Source: Bdellovibrionales bacterium
Lineage (GTDB): Bacteria; Bdellovibrionota; Bdellovibrionia; Bdellovibrionales; UBA1609
DNA length: 32,000 nt
Direction: 5' to 3'
NCBI GenBank assembly: GCA_965247685.1
Contig: OZ252021.1
Location: 1-32,000, forward strand
The position numbers and the translations under genes are program-made. Positions 27,901 through 32,000 of this stretch are shown here, one piece after another (positions within the stretch are counted from its first letter, which is position 1; every line of letters begins with the position of its first letter). The notes below the pieces were generated by a model. The model did no database searches. It saw only the letters and a list, made by a program, of their open reading frames with translations, and was not told the origin of the DNA.

Positions 27901-28090
27901 TTTTCTTTTTACCTTTTTTTTGAAAGAAAGATTTCCCTCGAGGTAAACTCCCTTTTTGCCTTTTGATGCTCTTAGATGATCGAGTCGCCACCAACCAAGA
28001 AGACTCTTCTTGAGCGACACTCCAACTCAGACTACCCAAAATGAGCAGAATGATGCAAATTCTAAGGGCGACAGTTTTGCGATCCCACAT
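24968..28090 (-). CDS. Large secreted TPR-repeat protein, 1040 aa (GltD/AgmU- or NfsD-like)
   Basis: Signal-like N-terminus MWDRKTVALRICIILLILGSLSWSVAQ. TPR-like helical repeats run through the whole length (recurring A..Y..Y/F...YP motifs, e.g. YESYIQRYPKGKYASDALFNLGFSY and YERLIRQYPKNSNIEDAYFHLGDHYF). Confidence 0.75.
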   Translation of the reverse strand: MWDRKTVALRICIILLILGSLSWSVAQEESSWLVATRSSKSIKRQKGSLPRGKSFFQKKGKKKKELLKYVKPPSSSRLYFEKGSDEAQLEDVTLREIKQLYELLKISPRSDIQLRLASLYVEQARLIESRIYEKYTEDLELYKMGSTTRAPRINLSVVKEYSQKAINLYESYIQRYPKGKYASDALFNLGFSYVQIRKPHIGKKYYERLIRQYPKNSNIEDAYFHLGDHYFEQNQWKTARKYYSRASRYRAKFYSFSIYKIAWCFYNEGRISNAIKVLASLIKESRIKNQGKSLIFIDLSQEALNDLGSFYIYSNYKASNAYSYFYDLTNDEEKTLSILRKVGFAYKDAGEYQNMRFVFNFILKLVPLNRFAFEYKHEIVQVYAYKGDRKTFNKELKEWVKNYGPKSDWSRKHRSQKELIQKSNKLMELTIRNYAFVMHHSFLKSKQKYAKEQALLAYQLYTLVFPKSDFNSDIRFQYGELLFDVGRFLDAVKQYSVVVNNYPKSKNHPVASWNRILALEKALPNEREVKASLKGQSGAVPFPSNVVAFEEAVGDYLKRYKKKSQAPQIIYTLANLHSEYRHYKTAIKYWMILIRSYPSSKKSYYTQSIHLVLDTYNLIKDFDSLKKTGQYFLKQSMIQKLPIAQEINKILRQIQFKAAQDLANNKKYKASAKMYEEFYRKNTGSDLTVVALYNAALNYEKAKEISKSRNLYDILYNSPQLSKYPKIKKNVMRDIAEILQNSGQYLKAAQSYKSYATTYPKDKNAASFWYNAAIIFDGLNFYQSAEEAYMKYFRLSKKGVERNQVYFLIARMYERRKSYSKSIQLYQKYLNRPDQNKRAQVMSTFRIAELNKKLRRKQEMQKWYRITLNMYRKTKQGVEYASQARFYSSEQIYNKFTRIRLSSNPNQQARAMRSKLQLLNRLKEDIKNVIRLNYNPQIIASLTLMGLSNHHLYNVIIRSPIPKGLDAQGRKAYKKGLVKTATPFQKVAKGYYAQAIQKARSSLSYTSWLKKAQLENINLEKGSFSIEGSALRTIPAGVLR

Positions 28091-29585
28091 AATGATAATT
28101 CCCCAGTTCGTCTAACCAGTATTCTCCTTGAAAAGGATAATACTCAAATCCATTTTGAATAAAATAATCTCGGCTTGTACTTGCCGTGATTTGAACATTT
28201 CCAAAATGTTTTGATTTAATTTTTCTCTTTAGCAGTTCTCTTTTTCCACGCAAACTCTCATAACGTAAGTATTTTTCCTGATTCAACAAGCTCCTCAGTT
28301 CTGACTTCATAACTAATAAGTGCTGTTTGATATTTTTATTAATATTAGATTGCGCTCTTTTGAGATATTTTTCCACTAAATTTTCTGAATACCGACCTAT
28401 TTGAGACGCCCTCCAATACTGAGGTCGACCTTGGATCACCCGAAGCTCACTTTGAAGATATCGAACATAACGATTCAAAAGCTCAAAGTCGTACTCTCTA
28501 CTAATTCTGTTCGCAATCACTGGAGGAAAAGAATTGGAAGAAGAACGAAGGGATCGGGTGAGATTGGCATAATAAAATTGAGAAGAAGACGAAAGGATTC
28601 GATTCACTTTTTTATACAAAGGCTGATAAGTAATCTTGAATAAACTCAGCACTTTTTCCATCTCTGAGTATTTACATATATACATATATATTATTCCTCT
28701 TAAAAGAAGAGAGCCTGGTTGATACACTTTATCATAATAATCAGAGTGCAAAGTAAGAAAACTATTCATTGCAGAACGAAACTTCCCTCCCCTCAGTAAG
28801 GCCCAACTGCTTTCAAAAAGCATATCATGCCATTCTGGAGTATCTCGGGGAATTCTCCTATAGTACTGAATTGCTAAGTCCCATCTTTTAGCCTGATAAT
28901 ACACACGGGCTATCCCCATTAAGGCGGCCACTCGGACAGAATCTGTGACCTTGCTTGTTTTGGATAAAATATTTTTAAAAGCATCCGTAGCTCTTCGAGT
29001 TCGCTTCCTTTCTGCATAAGAAAGCCCCAGATGATACTGAGCCTTAGAATAAAGAGGGCTGTGTTTTGGAATTTTTTTAAAATAAATAGCAGCCTTACGA
29101 TACTTTTTACTACTCAACTCATGTTTACCCCAGTAATAGTAAAGAGAATACCTGTAAGCCCCTTTGACTTTTTGAGCTCCTCCGTTTTCAACAGCAAATT
29201 GGATCATCTGACTGTTTCCGATCAGAGAGGCAATTTCAGACAGGTGAGCCAAAGCCCGCTGAGCAAACTTAGAGTTTCCAGATTGAATCACTGATAAAAA
29301 TTGAAAAGAAGCCACATGAAATAACTTCATTTTAACAAGAGCCTTCCCTAATTCATAACGAATTTCTGTTCTGCGTTTTTTTAAAGTCGCACTTTTACTC
29401 ATCATGAATAATTTTTGAACTCCCTTTTCATACTTTCCATTCGATATTAAAGCTAAAGCCTGACTGAGTTGAATACGATCTTTCATTTTATTTCGAATCT
29501 GTCTGGATTTTTGAAGCGAATACTTGCTCGTACGAGCTTCTGCACTCCCCATCAATAAGAAAAAAGTCAAAAATATATATCTCAA
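28062..29585 (-). CDS. Secreted TPR-repeat protein, 507 aa (GltC- or NfsC-like)
   Basis: TTG start at 29585, with GAGG 7 nt upstream and 4 nt after the preceding stop. Signal peptide MRYIFLTFFLLMGSAEA. The N-terminal two thirds contain TPR-like repeats. The 3' end overlaps the next gene by 29 nt. Confidence 0.65.
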   Translation of the reverse strand: MRYIFLTFFLLMGSAEARTSKYSLQKSRQIRNKMKDRIQLSQALALISNGKYEKGVQKLFMMSKSATLKKRRTEIRYELGKALVKMKLFHVASFQFLSVIQSGNSKFAQRALAHLSEIASLIGNSQMIQFAVENGGAQKVKGAYRYSLYYYWGKHELSSKKYRKAAIYFKKIPKHSPLYSKAQYHLGLSYAERKRTRRATDAFKNILSKTSKVTDSVRVAALMGIARVYYQAKRWDLAIQYYRRIPRDTPEWHDMLFESSWALLRGGKFRSAMNSFLTLHSDYYDKVYQPGSLLLRGIIYMYICKYSEMEKVLSLFKITYQPLYKKVNRILSSSSQFYYANLTRSLRSSSNSFPPVIANRISREYDFELLNRYVRYLQSELRVIQGRPQYWRASQIGRYSENLVEKYLKRAQSNINKNIKQHLLVMKSELRSLLNQEKYLRYESLRGKRELLKRKIKSKHFGNVQITASTSRDYFIQNGFEYYPFQGEYWLDELGNYHYVGSQNCRP

Positions 29586-29589
29586 GAAA

Positions 29590-30348
29590 CTACCTCACAA
29601 CCTTTTGAGGAAAATAAAAACTGACGGCTAATTTCATATAAGTATCCCAGTAATGTTGATTGCTAGGTATATTTTGAGAAAAAAGTAAACTTCCATAATA
29701 ATGAAACCCTATATCTACTTTGAACGCAAGATTTCGAGATAGAGAATAAGACTGACCAAAACCTAATACCAACGTCGGCTCAAACCAAGATTCCGTTGCA
29801 GCACAAGAAACACCCGTTGCTACATTTACAGATCGGCACTGTTGCACTTGGCTCATTCCTCCTCCCACAATTATTGAAAAATCAAAAGGGATAATCTTTT
29901 TATTCCACCATGCCATTTTTCCGTAAACAGGAGTCCATTTATAAAGTAAACCGGCAAACCCTATTGTGCTGGCTCCTTTAGAAGCTGCACTAATACGTAA
30001 ATTCTCATAAATATCAAAAGCCACTTCTCGATTCACTTGAAATAAATAAAATCCTTTTAATTCCAATCCATGTTTTTCTAAAAAATAAAACCCAACACTT
30101 CCCCCCAAACCCAATTTGAAGAAAAACTCACTGCTGAAAAATATAGATACAGAAGGAGAGATTTCAAATCGACCTGTCTTTTGTAAAAAACGTCTTTGAA
30201 TCACGACAATATCTTCAAAAGCAGATAGACGATTGAGATTATCAGAAAGTTGCATCGGTATATCATCATTGATTGTAAAAGCGTAACTCGAATTCACAAA
30301 TAGTAAACTCAAACCTATAATCCATAAGTATTTTTTCACAAATTTCAT
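29590..30348 (-). CDS. Predicted outer-membrane beta-barrel protein, 252 aa (GltA/GltB/NfsA/NfsB-like by position and size)
   Basis: Signal peptide MKFVKKYLWIIGLSLLFVNSSYA. Alternating hydrophobic beta-strand pattern with Gly/aromatic girdles (GLGGSVGFYF, GFAGLLYKW, LVLGFGQSYSL, KLAVSFYF). Confidence 0.62.
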   Translation of the reverse strand: MKFVKKYLWIIGLSLLFVNSSYAFTINDDIPMQLSDNLNRLSAFEDIVVIQRRFLQKTGRFEISPSVSIFFSSEFFFKLGLGGSVGFYFLEKHGLELKGFYLFQVNREVAFDIYENLRISAASKGASTIGFAGLLYKWTPVYGKMAWWNKKIIPFDFSIIVGGGMSQVQQCRSVNVATGVSCAATESWFEPTLVLGFGQSYSLSRNLAFKVDIGFHYYGSLLFSQNIPSNQHYWDTYMKLAVSFYFPQKVVR

Positions 30349-30433
30349 AAACTTAAAAAACCCCTTTTTATTTCATACTGCTGCAAACTCATCTAAAACT
30401 ATCCTTCACTCAAATTATTCGAATATAAAAAGT

Positions 30434-31267
30434 TTAAAATAACAAAGCTCCAAATCCAGCTCCTACTAAGTTTCTAAAAACAAAAGATTTTTCAAATTGA
30501 TCATAATTTTTAGTTTGTGAACGGTATAAAGAACAAGAACGAGAATCCACTTTATCAACTGGAAGACTGACAGCTCCTATTCTACACCAAACTGGATTCG
30601 GTCCATAATAGAAAAAAAATCTCAACCAACCATGAATATAGAATCTTTTCCCAATAAAAATCTTTTGATTGATCCCAGTTATAAGGATAGGCGCAAAATA
30701 CAATTGTGATAAATCATAAGATTCGTAAGGACCAGGGTTTCGATCCTGAACCAGAGCAACCGTACCTCCTCCTAAATGAAGAGAAATATTATAGTTCATC
30801 ACAACATTTTTAAGCAAAGACAACTTTCCGTAAAAGGGTATCCAATTATAGTTCAACAAAAAAGCATATCTAGGATGAGGAACTTCCGTTGCGTGAAAAG
30901 AAATATTTTGTAACTCTGTATTGGGTTTGGAGAAGAACTCTCCTATAGAAGAAACCCCTTGAAAAAAGTACATACCTAAGAGGCTTAGACCATGAGCTTC
31001 ACTAAGAAAAAACCCTACATCTCCAGTAAAAGCCAGTCGAGAGTAAAAAGGATCATCAGCTCTATAATCTATAGAACTCATCATACTCATCTTATATTTT
31101 AACTTCACATTGCGATTCATGGTTACTTTGTTATTATCTGGAAAAATAGGGAGAACAGATTCTGCAGCAAGCTCTTCTTCTGGAAAACGAATTTCACGAG
31201 CCTCCACCCATAAAGAACAAAATAGAAAAAAACAAGCTATTTTGAGACATAAGAACCCAAATGGCAC
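30434..31267 (-). CDS. Predicted outer-membrane beta-barrel protein, 277 aa (GltA/GltB-family-like paralog)
   Basis: Track ORF 30434..31363 uses a TTG start. The start is moved to the GTG at 31267 because AAGGAG lies 9 nt upstream. The product then begins with a signal peptide (M)PFGFLCLKIACFFLFCSLWVEA. The strand pattern is similar to the 252-aa neighbour (FTGDVGFFL, LLNYNWIPFYGKLSLL, LVGAGFGALLF terminal Phe). Confidence 0.6.
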   Translation of the reverse strand: MPFGFLCLKIACFFLFCSLWVEAREIRFPEEELAAESVLPIFPDNNKVTMNRNVKLKYKMSMMSSIDYRADDPFYSRLAFTGDVGFFLSEAHGLSLLGMYFFQGVSSIGEFFSKPNTELQNISFHATEVPHPRYAFLLNYNWIPFYGKLSLLKNVVMNYNISLHLGGGTVALVQDRNPGPYESYDLSQLYFAPILITGINQKIFIGKRFYIHGWLRFFFYYGPNPVWCRIGAVSLPVDKVDSRSCSLYRSQTKNYDQFEKSFVFRNLVGAGFGALLF

Positions 31268-31482
31268 GATAAAATACTCCTTAAAACCAAAGGTTAACTG
31301 TTTATATTTTAAATGACTATTTAATAAATGTGTAGTGACATTAGTAAAGAGGTCGAGTTCCAAGAAGACTCTTATAGATCACTTTATGACAGGAGCAAAA
31401 TCCAGACTTCATGCTCTGATAAACCTATGGGTGAGTGTATAAAATATAGACACTATAGTGGCTTATTTATTAATGAAAAAAG

Positions 31483-32000
31483 TTAGATACGGATAGAAAT
31501 ATCCATAAAAGCTAAATGATCGATTTTGTTCTCATCTGAGGCAGAGATTTCTTTACCTCGCATTGTATATTTAAGCCCCAATGCAACACCATCGCTTAAG
31601 AAATACTTTAGAGCTAAGCGATGCCCTGAATATCCTGTGCCACCAATATCATAATCCACATAGTTGCTGAAGGCGACATCTGTGGGCAATCTAAAGTAAT
31701 GATAACTGGCATTGAATTGCTGGTTTTGTTGATGTCCAAAAACTCCACCAACAACAAATCCTAAAGTTTCTAAGGATGCGCTATTGATATAACCCGATCC
31801 AAAATTTTGAATCAAATTCAAAGATAAAGAAAGAGGAGTGCTTAATTCCACACCTTTGAATCTAAGATTCTTAATGTCCATTCTTACAAGCAGATCCAAT
31901 ACAGAATAATTATATTTGTAACTTTGTTGTTTTGTTTTTGCAGATTCCAATACACTGTTGGTTGTATATGTACTCGAAACAAACATATCTTTTGTAGGCA
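31483..32000 (-). CDS. Predicted beta-barrel/outer-membrane protein, C-terminal part (probably runs off the right edge)
   Basis: The track gives 31483..31986 from an ATG, but the frame stays open to position 32000 and the listed N-terminus has no signal peptide. Beta-strand-rich sequence (GFVVGGVFGH, HRLALKYFLSDGVALGLKYTM). Confidence 0.45.
   Translation of the reverse strand, partial: PTKDMFVSSTYTTNSVLESAKTKQQSYKYNYSVLDLLVRMDIKNLRFKGVELSTPLSLSLNLIQNFGSGYINSASLETLGFVVGGVFGHQQNQQFNASYHYFRLPTDVAFSNYVDYDIGGTGYSGHRLALKYFLSDGVALGLKYTMRGKEISASDENKIDHLAFMDISIRI

Noticed and set aside
12833-29294. Further short embedded or antisense ORFs (12833..13021, 13210..13440, 13935..14177, 16311..16508, 17630..17869, 20640..20888, 22480..22833, 23417..23731, 24112..24330, 25571..25756, 27221..27415, 28401..28643, 29031..29294, and 31110..31316 beyond this span)
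   Set aside because: Same reasoning: they lie inside or opposite well-supported genes and have no independent support.
31262-31267. TGGCAC hexamer (sigma-54 -24 element look-alike) near the head of the cluster
   Set aside because: It is on the plus strand, opposite to the cluster's direction. It is not followed by TTGC at the -12 spacing and overlaps the GTG start codon of the barrel gene.
31268-31363. 32-codon N-terminal extension (TTG start) of the 309-aa barrel ORF
   Set aside because: The extension has no RBS and no signal peptide. The GTG at 31267 has AAGGAG 9 nt upstream and a signal peptide immediately after it.
1-32000. Looked for CRISPR arrays, IS elements/transposases, integrases, phage genes, toxin-antitoxin pairs, restriction-modification or other defence genes, and rRNA/tRNA genes
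   Set aside because: I saw no spaced direct-repeat arrays, no DDE/tyrosine-recombinase-like ORFs, and no cloverleaf-like segments in the intergenic regions I read. The only tandem repeat is the coding 18-mer at 285-368. A tRNAscan/Infernal run would be needed to exclude small RNAs formally.

Overview
This is a visibly AT-rich chromosomal segment from a diderm (Gram-negative-type) bacterium. The gene content includes an FHA-type sigma-54 activator, many lipoproteins and an Agl/Glt-like cluster. That fits a Bdellovibrionota/Myxococcota-like lineage best, but this is inference only; no search was run. Positions 1-19,990 are mostly tightly packed housekeeping genes: class I aldolase-lysS-recG, yfgM-like-bamB, an amino-acid dehydrogenase, dnaJ, pyrG, a cca-family gene, sodB and hisS. 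Interspersed are three orphan lipoproteins, a lysine-rich repeat protein running off the left edge that is absent from the ORF track, and an FHA/sigma-54 activator translationally coupled to a POTRA-less Omp85-type barrel. Positions 19,999-32,000, all on the minus strand, form one collinear array of 11 complete genes plus one partial gene. In transcription order it encodes three predicted outer-membrane beta-barrels, three secreted TPR proteins (507, 1040 and 249 aa), an 86-aa single-pass protein, a 690-aa FHA...TM...Lys-rich...TonB_C-like protein, a MotA/TolQ/ExbB channel and two ExbD/TolR paralogs. This matches the parts list and gene order of the Myxococcus Agl-Glt (gliding) / Nfs (spore-coat) envelope-spanning motors, fused here into one locus. 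It is the most interesting system in the window; its function in this organism cannot be read from sequence. I saw no rRNA, tRNA, CRISPR array, transposase, integrase or phage genes. Several ORF-track starts were revised by hand from ribosome-binding sites, signal peptides and stop/start overlaps.
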